Part shown: in pieces, positions 1 through 7,931 of the stretch
How the letters are laid out: each line of letters opens with the position of its first letter
How positions within the stretch are numbered: position 1 is the first letter of the stretch
Assembly (NCBI GenBank): GCA_964245305.1
Contig: CAXTMQ010000001.1
Location: 33,418-79,536 of the forward strand
DNA from: an uncultured Pyrinomonadaceae bacterium
GTDB lineage: Bacteria; Acidobacteriota; Blastocatellia; Pyrinomonadales; Pyrinomonadaceae
DNA: 46,119 nt
Direction of reading: 5' to 3'
The notes under the pieces: generated by a model
What the model was told of the DNA's origin: nothing
Database searches by the model: none
What the model saw: the letters and a program-made list of their open reading frames with translations, nothing else
Translations under genes and position numbers: made by a program

Positions 1-601
1 CGCCGTCAATCGCAACCTCGATGCGCGGAAAATTCGCGCTCCGCTCGCCGGAAGAATTTTTTTGAAATCCGAGCGCGACTCGATGTTTTTCGTTTTGTTT
101 CGGAAAATCGCCGTCGGCACGAAGCAGAAGTTTTTTGTTCGGATAATCGAACGTCCAGACGCGCCCGGCGAACCAAAGTTGCCCGAGCATTCCAGACCAG
201 TCTTGGCTCAACCAGTTACGGCTTGCGGCGAGCGTAACGTATAAGCGTCCGCCGTTGCTTATCGGCGCGGGGACAGAAGCAGCCGACTTTAAAGCAGGAA
301 GCGCGACCATTTCGGGCGACTCTTTTGTTTCGCCTTTGATGACGGACAGTTTCAAGCGTTCGACGACATCGGAAAACAAAAACAATCCGCCGCCGGTATC
401 GGTGAAAAGATTGAGGGTCGTGCCGTCGGCGGCGACGGGCTGGACGTAAAAACGATGCTCGTCATATTTGACGGGCAAAACGAGCGGTTTGCCCGAAGTT
501 TGAGATAACGCCGGCAAAGTTAAACTGCATAAAAAGAAAGCTGTTACTAAAAAGCTGCCGGAAAAACAACAAATAGATTTTAGCCGCGTATTTTTTTTCA
601 T
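1..601 (-). CDS. secreted retropepsin-like protein (DTG motif); 5' part only, gene runs off the left edge
   Basis: Absent from the ORF track because there is no stop in the window. My manual minus-strand translation from ATG 601-599 stays open to position 1: MKKNTRLKSICCFSGSFLVTAFFLCSLTLPALSQ (signal peptide) ... LNLFTDTGGGLFLF ... GMLGQLWFAGRVWTFDYPNKKL. Confidence 0.6.
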   Translation of the reverse strand, partial: MKKNTRLKSICCFSGSFLVTAFFLCSLTLPALSQTSGKPLVLPVKYDEHRFYVQPVAADGTTLNLFTDTGGGLFLFSDVVERLKLSVIKGETKESPEMVALPALKSAASVPAPISNGGRLYVTLAASRNWLSQDWSGMLGQLWFAGRVWTFDYPNKKLLLRADGDFPKQNEKHRVALGFQKNSSGERSANFPRIEVAIDG

Positions 602-864
602 AATCAAACTTTACGGAAGTTGTTCAATACCGGTTCTGATAAAATCTTACGACTGCAACAAATAATTTTTTGCCGGTTATTCGCTTGGCAAGTTTTTTCT
701 CTGACAGCAAATACTTTTACTCTTAAAGGTTCGGGTCATTAGCCAATTTTCCGTTCAAAGTCTTGTTTAATTTTCAACTTTAATGAATTCAAAACAAGTG
801 CCATTTCAAGAGGATATAACTATACCGCTCCAGAAAATTCGGCTGTTCGTGTAGCGGTCAGCCT

Positions 865-1653
865 TTATTCCGCCGATGTGTGATTTTCGCCTCTTTCTTC
901 GGACATAAAAATCTCGTAATCGTCGGCATTGTTCATATAACCTTCAATTTTTATGTTTTCAAACGAGTTAGCCGAAATTGCCGCTTTGACGATTTCTTTA
1001 TTGAATAAGCCGATCTCATCATCGCTTAAAAAATCTTTTATCGGCAGCCATTTGGCATCGGCTAGTTCGCTTCGGTCTATCGAGATTTCACACGCGAGCG
1101 GTGTAAGTCGGCAAACGGCGTAAATGTTCGACGTTCCGAACTGTCCGCGATGGTGATGCCGCAAACCGATGAAATTTTCAAAGCGCGTCTGAACTCCGGT
1201 TTCTTCGTAAACTTCGCGCACGGCTGCTTCGGCGATAAACTCTCCGGGTTCGAGCATTCCGCCCGGCAATTTGTAATAACCGGAGCGTGTTTCGTTCTTT
1301 TCGAGAACGACCAGTAATTCCCGTTTTTCCCGGATGACGACCGCGCCGACACCGACCGTATGCGAAGCGTAACGCGAAACGCAAGTTTCTTTTTCAAGCG
1401 GTTTGGTCAGCGTAATCGCCGTCTGCGAGCAGTGATGAAACGAAAATCCGTATTTGACGGCGACTGAAATCAAATCCGATTTTTCTATGGGAATCGCCAG
1501 CCAAACGAGATTAACAAGTTCGTTTGCCCAAGTTCGGAGCGAAACTTTAAGCATCTCAGCGAACTCTACACTTATTGTCGGCAAACTTTCGCGGTTTATT
1601 AACACGCCGCCGTATTTGTTTTCTACCGCTTGCAGCATTTTCCGCTTGCTCAT
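865..1653 (-). CDS. NUDIX hydrolase with N-terminal extension domain
   Basis: Nudix box GMLEPGEFIAEAAVREVYEETGV. The track ORF 865..1911 is over-extended. The internal ATG at 1653-1651 (MSKRKMLQAV) overlaps the TAA of the upstream DinB gene as TAATG. Confidence 0.85.
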   Translation of the reverse strand: MSKRKMLQAVENKYGGVLINRESLPTISVEFAEMLKVSLRTWANELVNLVWLAIPIEKSDLISVAVKYGFSFHHCSQTAITLTKPLEKETCVSRYASHTVGVGAVVIREKRELLVVLEKNETRSGYYKLPGGMLEPGEFIAEAAVREVYEETGVQTRFENFIGLRHHHRGQFGTSNIYAVCRLTPLACEISIDRSELADAKWLPIKDFLSDDEIGLFNKEIVKAAISANSFENIKIEGYMNNADDYEIFMSEERGENHTSAE

Positions 1654-2195
1654 TACTCGTAAAACTTTCGCATATTTCCTAAATTCCTCGCCGAAAAACT
1701 CTGCATATTCGCCGCAATTTGCCGGACGTGATTGAGATCGTGATAAACCCACTCGTGCAGCAGATGACAAATTTCGAGCCGTCCGATTTTCGGATGAATG
1801 CCGCCGCGCCGCAAATCTTTTTCGCCGAGCATTTCGATAAAGGACAAATCGCCGCCCGCGCGTCGAACGGCGGCAAATTCTTCGAGCAAATCGTTTACAT
1901 TTCGCCCGCAATCCTGTCGCGTCCGCGCTACCGCGTCCTCATCGTTCACCGAAAGCCGCGGCTCATCAAAATCGAGCATCAGCCGAATGCGACCGAGAAA
2001 ATCACGGCGATCTTCTTCAATCAAATGCCCGACGATTTCTTTCGCGCACCAATGCCCTTCGGCTGGATGAAACGCGCAAACTTCTTCGGGCAAAGAGCGC
2101 AAAAGCGCATTCAAAACTGCGGGCGTGCTTTGCAAAGAAGCGATGATTTCCGCCGGTTTCAAAGAGCGATATTGTTTGGTCTCGGTCATTAGCAT
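1653..2195 (-). CDS. DinB-family protein (DinB_2-like)
   Basis: 180 aa. His-containing helices EIVGHLIEEDRRDFLGRIRLML and HEWVYHDLNHVRQI are typical of the DinB four-helix-bundle fold. Confidence 0.75.
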   Translation of the reverse strand: MLMTETKQYRSLKPAEIIASLQSTPAVLNALLRSLPEEVCAFHPAEGHWCAKEIVGHLIEEDRRDFLGRIRLMLDFDEPRLSVNDEDAVARTRQDCGRNVNDLLEEFAAVRRAGGDLSFIEMLGEKDLRRGGIHPKIGRLEICHLLHEWVYHDLNHVRQIAANMQSFSARNLGNMRKFYE

Positions 2196-2213
2196 CTCAG
2201 AGAAAACAAAAAG

Positions 2214-2717
2214 CTATCGGTATAATTGCAAATCCTTTCCCGTCCGCATTTTGGTCAGCATAAAAATCTGTCCGGCGTGCATCGAGAAATGTTCGACGAC
2301 GTGATAAATCGCTCGCATAACTGTTACCTCGCGCCCTTGAATTTCTCTGCGCTCGGTTAAAATTTGCACATCAAGATTCGCTAAAACTTCATCGGCTCGT
2401 TTGAGTGTTTTTCGTAAATTTACAATCAATTCGCCGCCCGGAATTTCCGTTCGTTCATCAAATTCCTGCTGCCTGACGCGCTCGAACGGCAAATCGCCGA
2501 CTCCGCCAACAATCCATTCACGAATGTTGCCTTCGATGTGCAGAACCAGATTGCCGATGCTGTTCGATTTCTCATTCGGTCGCCACCAAACATCTTCGTC
2601 GTTCAACTGCTCCAGACATTTTTCAACTTTCGGCAAATATTTCGCGCTCAGAAAATCGCGCGAATCCGCAATGAAATTTTGACCGGTATCGCTCATACTT
2701 TTTTCTTGATTATTCAA
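2214..2717 (-). CDS. DinB-family protein (DUF1572-like)
   Basis: 167 aa. Motifs NSIGNLVLHIEGNIREWIV and YHVVEHFSMHAGQI. Confidence 0.75.
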   Translation of the reverse strand: MNNQEKSMSDTGQNFIADSRDFLSAKYLPKVEKCLEQLNDEDVWWRPNEKSNSIGNLVLHIEGNIREWIVGGVGDLPFERVRQQEFDERTEIPGGELIVNLRKTLKRADEVLANLDVQILTERREIQGREVTVMRAIYHVVEHFSMHAGQIFMLTKMRTGKDLQLYR

Positions 2718-2733
2718 ACATTCTCTTCAAAAA

Positions 2734-3231
2734 CTATTTGCTTCTCTCCCGCACTTCTTCGCTCGTCAGCCCGTAGAGCGGCGGCGCGGGAATTTCGAGC
2801 ATTCCCAAATAAGCGTAAATTTGTCCGCGATGATGAATTTCGTGTTCCGCGAGCGCCCGCAGCCATTTCCAAACGGTAATCGGTGTCCCGGCGGGCGTGA
2901 GACATTTTCTTCGCAAATCTTCATCGGTCAAGCGGCTAAAAATTTCCATTGATTCTTCGTGCTTCTCGTTTAGAAATTGAAGCACATCGTCATAGCTGTC
3001 GGCTAAATGTTTTTCGTGTCCGGGATAAATACTCTTTTTATTTTGCACGGTTTCCGCAAACATAAATCTTTCGGTCGCGGCGAGATGGCGAATCAAATCG
3101 GCGAAAGTGAATTTGCCCGCCGTGTGCGTCCAATTTATTCGGACGGACGGAATACATTCAATAACCTTCAAAGTTCGCCTTCGCAGGTTTTCGTAGTAAT
3201 CCAGAAAAGGTTTGATTGTCGTGATTTCCAT
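2734..3231 (-). CDS. DinB-family protein
   Basis: 165 aa. Motifs FADLIRHLAATERFMF and LAEHEIHHRGQIYAYLGML. Confidence 0.8.
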   Translation of the reverse strand: MEITTIKPFLDYYENLRRRTLKVIECIPSVRINWTHTAGKFTFADLIRHLAATERFMFAETVQNKKSIYPGHEKHLADSYDDVLQFLNEKHEESMEIFSRLTDEDLRRKCLTPAGTPITVWKWLRALAEHEIHHRGQIYAYLGMLEIPAPPLYGLTSEEVRERSK

Positions 3232-3281
3232 TTTGTATCTTATGACGAATTAAAATAACCGAAACGAGTCGGATACTGATT

Positions 3282-4133
3282 TTATTTGTCTTTTGCTATT
3301 CCTGTGTTCGCGTAGATTTTCCACGCGCCGCGTTTCGACTGCCGCTTCCAGACGGTGAAATATCGCCGCTCCAAAATTTGCGCCTTATTTTCAAGCGTAA
3401 ATTCATAAATCGCCGTGCCTGTTTCATAAGCCGTGTTGCCGTCAAGCCAAAAATCCGTCGTCGTAGCCGTTAATTTTGCCCGTCCGCCGCGTTTTCGCAT
3501 CAAGTCCCGCATCAGTTCGAGAATCTCTTTTCGCCCTTTGTATACTTTGCCGCCGGAGGCGAGTTCTTTGCCGTCAGCCGTGAAGGTATCGAGAATCATC
3601 CGCGCGTCGCCGCGTTCCCAAGCCTCGATCCAAACTGCATTTCCCGCATCAATCCCCAGACGAAGTTTCGTCAGTTCGGGATTGGAATCTTTCGGCGACT
3701 GAGCAACTGTCTGAAAATTGCCGGAAGTTAGGGACGAATCGGGCGCACCGGACAAAATTATAATTTCCGCCGCGCCGACTTGAATCGGGTAAGTCAAAAG
3801 CGCGGGACCGGGCGCGAAACGCACGGCGACGCGCTGGTCTAATTTGAGCGCGTCAATCTTGAGCATCGTGCGTTTCTCTCGGTCGGTTTGATTAAAAATC
3901 CGCGTCTGCGCCGTGATTTTGACATCCGCTTTATCGTATTCGCCCCTCGCGTCCGCATCGCGTTCGACTAAAATGTTGCCGAGCAAATTATTTGTCTGCG
4001 CGTCCGAGCGATTAAATTTCGTGATTCGCCCGCGAATGTCCGGCGCAGTTGAAGCTTGGGCGCAAACCGCCGAAACGCCGGAAAACAAAATTAGTAAAAC
4101 GAAAGATAAATTTATAAATTTCAATTCGGTCAT
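3282..4133 (-). CDS. secreted protein with C-terminal SnoaL/DUF4440-like (NTF2-fold) domain
   Basis: Signal peptide FVLLILFSGVSAVCAQA. The C-terminal 120 aa (AVWIEAWERGDARMILDTFTADG ... WKRQSKRGAWKIYANTG) resemble the DUF4440/NTF2 fold. Confidence 0.6.
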   Translation of the reverse strand: MTELKFINLSFVLLILFSGVSAVCAQASTAPDIRGRITKFNRSDAQTNNLLGNILVERDADARGEYDKADVKITAQTRIFNQTDREKRTMLKIDALKLDQRVAVRFAPGPALLTYPIQVGAAEIIILSGAPDSSLTSGNFQTVAQSPKDSNPELTKLRLGIDAGNAVWIEAWERGDARMILDTFTADGKELASGGKVYKGRKEILELMRDLMRKRGGRAKLTATTTDFWLDGNTAYETGTAIYEFTLENKAQILERRYFTVWKRQSKRGAWKIYANTGIAKDK

Positions 4134-4211
4134 AAATCTTCGGTTTGCAAAAAGCCGCGCGAAAACGGACTGCTGTTTTGGCTTTTAATCTTTTTCAATC
4201 TTAAAGGATAG

Positions 4212-4261
4212 GCGCAATCGAGTTTTAGACAAGTGCCGCTTTTACCCATTTTTACCAGACC
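4212..4261 (-). repeat. copy 1 of a conserved 50-nt upstream element (CGGTCTGkTAAA-N..-GGCACTTGTCTrAAAsyCGATT)
   Basis: Read on the minus strand it aligns ungapped with 42674-42723 (plus strand), about 35/50 identical by my count, including an exact 11-mer GGCACTTGTCT. It lies about 80-130 nt upstream of the 3282..4133 gene. Confidence 0.5.
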
Positions 4262-4291
4262 GATTTTGGTCATCGGTTTTGAAAACGCCCT

Positions 4292-5845
4292 TTACAAAAA
4301 CGGGTAGTTTCTCAATTCCTCAAATGAAATTTGTTCGGAAACGAAAGCGATGTGATTATCGGGGCGCAGCAAAAGACTGAAAGTTGCGTTCGCGCCGAAG
4401 ATTTCCGCAACGCGCGGCGCGAGCGGAAACGATTGGCAGTCAATCGAATCGCCGTAACTTTCGATTTGCCCGAACAAGTTTTCGGAACTAACTTTGTCAT
4501 TCGAGAAAACGAGAAAGTGAAATTTCGGCTCGCGCAAAAAATCAAAAATGCTTTTGTCGTCAATCGTAAAATACGGCATCCGGTCACCGGCTTTGACTTT
4601 GAAATTCGCGTCGCCCGCGTGGTTGCTTAACTCGCTGTGCCGATAATTGATGCCGATTTGCGAGACGAGCGGAAAGGCTAAGTGTTTGACCCAATCGAAT
4701 TTTAAGGCAAATTGCGCGACGAGCGGGAAAACGTGCGTTCGGATAAAAGAAGTTAAAAAATCGTCGTGAGTGCCGAACGTGAAAGCGCGGTCGGTCGTTT
4801 CCAAAAGATGTTTCGCGTTTTCGAGCCGTTCTCCATTATAAGTATCAAGCAAATTTTCGCCCGCTTTTCCCCGCAAAACAAACGCCAGTTTCCACGCCAG
4901 ATTGTATGCGTCGCCGATGCCGGTGTTCATTCCCTGCCCGCCCGCGGGCGTGTGGATGTGCGCCGCGTCGCCCGCCAGAAATACGCGCCCGTCGCGGAAT
5001 TTGTTCACGCGCCGCGAATGAACGCGATAGACGGAAAACCATTTCACCGTTTTTATATCGAGCGGCATTTTCAGCAAGTCGCGCACGCGCCGTTCGGTTT
5101 CTTCGTAATTGATTTCCGATTCTTCGCGCCGCTCGTCTTCGGCTTCGGGAAGATTGCCGACGATGCGCCAGAAGTTTTTCTCTTTGAGCGGAAACAGCGC
5201 AACGAACGAATCGGCGCCGAACGAAACGTAAATCTCGTCGTGCTTGCCGGAAAATTCCATTTCCACGTCGGCGACATAAAAAAGCGCGTCAATCGTATTG
5301 CCTTCAAACGTAAAATCAAGTTGATGACGAACGAGGCTTTTCGCGCCGTCGCAGCCGACCAGATACTTCGCCGTCATCGTCTCAGTTTTGCCGTTCGCAT
5401 TCTTGATGATTGCTGTTGCTTTTTCATCGTCCTGCGAAACCTTTTCGAGCGCGGTTTCCCATAAAACATCTTTGCCGTGCCGCAGCAAATAATCATAAAG
5501 CAGTCGTTCGTTTTTGCTTTGTTCGAGCAGCAGCGCGAACGGATACGGACTCAAATCTTTGCCGATGTCCGACAAATTAATCGAGCCGCGAATTTCTCCG
5601 TCCGCGACGATGTTCGCCGCGCGAGCGATTGCGCCCGCTCCAATCGCGCTTTCGGCTAAACCGATTTGCTCGTAAATTTCCAGCGTGCGGGCTTGCACGG
5701 CGATGGCTTTCGACAAATCCGTGATGCCTTTTTTCGCATCGAAAATCACGAAGTCAACGCCGTATCTGATTAGTTGGCACGCTAACGCCAATCCGGTCGG
5801 ACCCGCGCCGACTATTATCACATCGGTTCTGATTGTTGTTTCCAT
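4292..5845 (-). CDS. FAD-dependent aromatic-ring monooxygenase (PheA/TfdB-like)
   Basis: GxGxxG motif VIIVGAGPTGLALACQL, plus DGAKSLVR and FLAGDAAHIHTPAGGQGMNTGIGDAYNLAWKL. Confidence 0.9.
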   Translation of the reverse strand: METTIRTDVIIVGAGPTGLALACQLIRYGVDFVIFDAKKGITDLSKAIAVQARTLEIYEQIGLAESAIGAGAIARAANIVADGEIRGSINLSDIGKDLSPYPFALLLEQSKNERLLYDYLLRHGKDVLWETALEKVSQDDEKATAIIKNANGKTETMTAKYLVGCDGAKSLVRHQLDFTFEGNTIDALFYVADVEMEFSGKHDEIYVSFGADSFVALFPLKEKNFWRIVGNLPEAEDERREESEINYEETERRVRDLLKMPLDIKTVKWFSVYRVHSRRVNKFRDGRVFLAGDAAHIHTPAGGQGMNTGIGDAYNLAWKLAFVLRGKAGENLLDTYNGERLENAKHLLETTDRAFTFGTHDDFLTSFIRTHVFPLVAQFALKFDWVKHLAFPLVSQIGINYRHSELSNHAGDANFKVKAGDRMPYFTIDDKSIFDFLREPKFHFLVFSNDKVSSENLFGQIESYGDSIDCQSFPLAPRVAEIFGANATFSLLLRPDNHIAFVSEQISFEELRNYPFL

Positions 5846-5867
5846 AAAAAATTACTTCTTTTTTCGT

Positions 5868-6506
5868 TTAATCGGCGACGAGCCGGACGAATGAATCGGC
5901 GATTGCCTGAATGCGTTTAGGCGCGGGCGGGCGCGACTCGTCGCCCGAACTCAAAATTCCGTCCATCACGGCGTAGGTCAAAAGCGAACCGAGCAGCATT
6001 CGCGCCGCCGCTTCTTCATCAATCTTCGCCGCCAATCCTTTACTTCTGAGACGTTTCAGAAGTTCGACGATTGATGCAATCGCCTGCTCCGGCACGGTTT
6101 CCCGGAAAAGCTCGCCTAAATGCGGAAACCGTGTGCTTTCGGCAATCACGATTCTGAGCAGTGCCAGATAATCCGGCTGCATCATCAGTAAGCTGATTTC
6201 TGAGGTGAGCAGCCGCAGAACCTTTCGTAATTGCTTGCGGTCGGCATTGGGCGACAGCGTTTTGTCCGATTGAAACGGCTGGTGAAGATGTTCGAGCGTC
6301 AGTCGCCGCAGCACGTCGGCGAAGAGTTCTTCTTTCGTGCGGTAATAACGATAGAGCGTTTCTTTTGATACGCCCGCCTCGCGCCGCACGGCTTCGGTGC
6401 TGGTATGCGCGTAGCCGTGCGCCAAAAAAAGCCGCCGCGCCGCGTCTAAAATCTGCGCGCGTTTCAGTTGCGCCCTTTCCGTTTCTTGAATTTCCGTCGC
6501 TTTCAT
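5868..6506 (-). CDS. TetR/AcrR family transcriptional regulator
   Basis: N-terminal HTH ILDAARRLFLAHGYAHTSTEAVRREAGVSKETLYRYYRTKEELF. I prefer the start at ATG 6506 (MKATEIQ) because the longer track ORF would translate through a hairpin/T-tract. It lies 22 nt upstream of the monooxygenase gene. Confidence 0.85.
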   Translation of the reverse strand: MKATEIQETERAQLKRAQILDAARRLFLAHGYAHTSTEAVRREAGVSKETLYRYYRTKEELFADVLRRLTLEHLHQPFQSDKTLSPNADRKQLRKVLRLLTSEISLLMMQPDYLALLRIVIAESTRFPHLGELFRETVPEQAIASIVELLKRLRSKGLAAKIDEEAAARMLLGSLLTYAVMDGILSSGDESRPPAPKRIQAIADSFVRLVAD

Positions 6507-6513
6507 AAAAAAC

Positions 6514-6537
6514 GAACCGAACCGTTCAGTTCGGTTC
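6514..6537 (-). terminator. hairpin GAACCGAAC-N6-GTTCGGTTC followed by a T-run; intrinsic terminator of the NUDIX gene and/or TetR operator
   Basis: Perfect 9-bp inverted repeat. On the minus strand it is followed by GTTTTTTATG, where ATG is the tetR start. Confidence 0.55.
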
Positions 6538-6598
6538 AATAATAAAAAGCAATTCTTTGATTGTCAAACATCAAACAATTTCCCTCAAACACCAAATT

Positions 6599-7024
6599 TT
6601 AATTTCGTTCTATAACCAGCCTTCGCTCTTTTTGAAATTGAGCAATCATCTCGGCGTAGAGCGAATGCGGGAACGGCAAATTTATCGCCTGCTCGAATTC
6701 AAACCAGCAAACACGCGCGTGTTCTTCCGGTTGTAAATTTTCCGGTATTCCGTCGAAAGCCGTTATCAGATAAAAATGGTATTGACCCGGACCGTTTTCC
6801 ATCGGATTCTGTTCGTCAACCGACAGCAGAAATTTCCACTCGGTCGGCACGATTCCGAGTTCTTCCATCAGCTCGCGCCGTAGTGCCTCTTCGCGCGACT
6901 CGCCCGGGTTTTGATGACCGCCGAAGACATCCCAAACGCCCGGATAAAAAGAGCGTGTCGCACTCCGTTTGCCAAGCAAAACTTTTTTATTTTTGACGAT
7001 GAAAGCCGCCGCGCATTCGCGCAT
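6599..7024 (-). CDS. NUDIX hydrolase (MutT-like)
   Basis: Nudix box GGHQNPGESREEALRRELMEELGI. 141 aa. Confidence 0.85.
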   Translation of the reverse strand: MRECAAAFIVKNKKVLLGKRSATRSFYPGVWDVFGGHQNPGESREEALRRELMEELGIVPTEWKFLLSVDEQNPMENGPGQYHFYLITAFDGIPENLQPEEHARVCWFEFEQAINLPFPHSLYAEMIAQFQKERRLVIERN

Positions 7025-7218
7025 CAGAGATTTTTCTCCGATTCGTTTGCCAGATTTTGCAGTCTAACAATCGTGCCTCGCGCCACCGCGCACAAATTTC
7101 TCCCCGATCGTTGTTCGACTGTGACTATCATGCCGAGAATTTCTTGGCTTTGTTTACTTGGCTTGCATCGAGATTTTGCTCGGATGCTATTTATGAAACT
7201 GTCGCTAGTTAAGAAGTC
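7024..7218 (-). pseudogene. 3' remnant of a hotdog-fold (PaaI-like) thioesterase gene
   Basis: The frame is open for the whole CGNR-NUDIX spacer: DFLTSDSFINSIRAKSRCKPSKQSQEILGMIVTVEQRSGRNLCAVARGTIVRLQNLANESEKNL*. Its TGA overlaps the NUDIX ATG (TGATG), as expected for a once-coupled upstream gene. There is no plausible start codon. Its first about 20 codons are the repeat homologous to the end of fragment 9375..9569. Confidence 0.45.
7146..7209. repeat. direct repeat A (64 nt) flanking the CGNR/7TM module
   Basis: Ungapped alignment with 9353-9416 gives 50/64 identical by my count. The core is GGCTTGCATCrAGATTTT...TGCTwTTTATGArACTGT. Confidence 0.8.
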
Positions 7219-7839
7219 TTATAGTGTGTGTGGCGGCTCTTTGAATCGGGCTTTTTTCACACGAAACCGCTTGGCTTTTGCCAAATTGCCGCAATCGCGC
7301 ATATCACACCATTGCCGCCTGTTATTTTTGCTTGTGTCGTAAAACAACCATCCGCAGCTTTGACCGGAACAACATTTTAGCTTTTCCAAATCTGATGAGG
7401 TCAGCAGTTGGGCGGCACTTCGGGTGATTGAGAAAAGAATTCGTTCCAAATTAATATTCGTCCAACCCCAAATCAATTCACCTTCATGACGGAAAATTTC
7501 GGCTTTTGACATAGCAAGCGACAATTCGCTATTAAAAATTGTTAAATCTTTATCGGAAATTTCTTCTTTATCTATGACAGATCCAAAGATGTCGTAAACA
7601 CTTTTTCGCAATCTCAAAACTCTCTGAAAAATCCTCTCTGATTCCGCATTTCGTTTTTCACACTCGTTAAGCATATTTATTGCCTCTTTGTCTGAAATTA
7701 GTTTTCCTTGTTTGCTCCATTCAATAAGATCAGAAATAGAATTCAGTTTTTCGGCAGGATTTTCACTCGAAATATTTCCGACGGTGTTCACAAAATCCAG
7801 ACTCAAATTGTTTCCGATGAAGGCGTATTTTTTCTTCAT
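7219..7839 (-). CDS. CGNR zinc-finger protein (ABATE N-terminal domain + zf-CGNR)
   Basis: C-terminal CCSGQSCGWLFYDTSKNNRRQWCDMRDCGNLAKAKRFR matches the zf-CGNR signature. The gene is AT-rich relative to its flanks. Confidence 0.8.
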   Translation of the reverse strand: MKKKYAFIGNNLSLDFVNTVGNISSENPAEKLNSISDLIEWSKQGKLISDKEAINMLNECEKRNAESERIFQRVLRLRKSVYDIFGSVIDKEEISDKDLTIFNSELSLAMSKAEIFRHEGELIWGWTNINLERILFSITRSAAQLLTSSDLEKLKCCSGQSCGWLFYDTSKNNRRQWCDMRDCGNLAKAKRFRVKKARFKEPPHTL

Positions 7840-7861
7840 GAGTGTAACCGATTAAATACTT

Positions 7862-7890
7862 TTGACAGGTTATAGTCTAACCGCTATACT
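7862..7890 (+). promoter_or_regulatory. sigma70-type promoter TTGACA-17-TATACT for the 7TM gene
   Basis: TTGACA at 7862-7867, 17-nt spacer, TATACT at 7885-7890, about 40 nt upstream of the 7932 start. Confidence 0.6.
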
Positions 7891-7902
7891 GCTAACTGTC
7901 AA
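7874..7902 (-). promoter_or_regulatory. sigma70-type promoter TTGACA-17-TAGACT for the CGNR gene, overlapping the opposite promoter
   Basis: Minus strand: TTGACA (7902-7897), 17-nt spacer, TAGACT (7879-7874). It is face-to-face with the plus-strand promoter. Confidence 0.5.
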
Positions 7903-7921
7903 AGTATAATTAGACGGTTAC
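7892..7921. promoter_or_regulatory. palindromic operator-like site CTAACTGTC-N12-GACGGTTAC (site A)
   Basis: 22/29 identical and the same spacing as 42811-42839. Extra TAACCG half-sites lie at about 7845 and about 7879. Confidence 0.6.
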
Positions 7922-7931
7922 TTCAAAGGTT

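Noticed and set aside
62-449. Track ORFs 62..244 (+) and 255..449 (+).
   Set aside because: They lie antisense to a much longer open minus-strand frame (1..601) that has a clear signal peptide and a DTG motif. They show no family features.
865-1911. Long N-terminal extensions of track ORFs (865..1911, 10455..10901, 11507..12019, 15618..16370, 17288..18514, 20039..21187, 33161..34201).
   Set aside because: The extensions are Arg/Ser-rich, low-complexity translations that overlap the 3' ends of well-supported upstream genes. Internal ATGs give canonical N-termini and tidy TAATG/ATGA or short-gap junctions.
4766-5464. Large antisense shadow ORFs: 4766..5464, 17129..17782, 20462..21112, 22766..23380, 32792..33478, 35186..35734, 39265..39771, 39958..40497, 42025..42549 (+), and 26473..27060 (-).
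   Set aside because: Each lies entirely opposite a CDS with strong family motifs. Their translations are Arg/Phe-rich with no recognisable domains, as expected for shadow frames.
7219-7221. Possible stop-codon read-through fusing the CGNR protein to the downstream open frame; the TAA is in frame with the 64-codon relic.
   Set aside because: An in-frame arrangement has a 1-in-3 chance expectation. The downstream peptide looks like a decayed thioesterase fragment, and nothing indicates a read-through context.
6911-7342. Track ORFs 6911..7342 (+) and 9313..9675 (+), which share a ..GLHxDFxxxLFMxL.. peptide.
   Set aside because: The shared peptide is just the plus-strand translation of direct repeats A and B. 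Neither ORF has coding features, and both span known gene boundaries.
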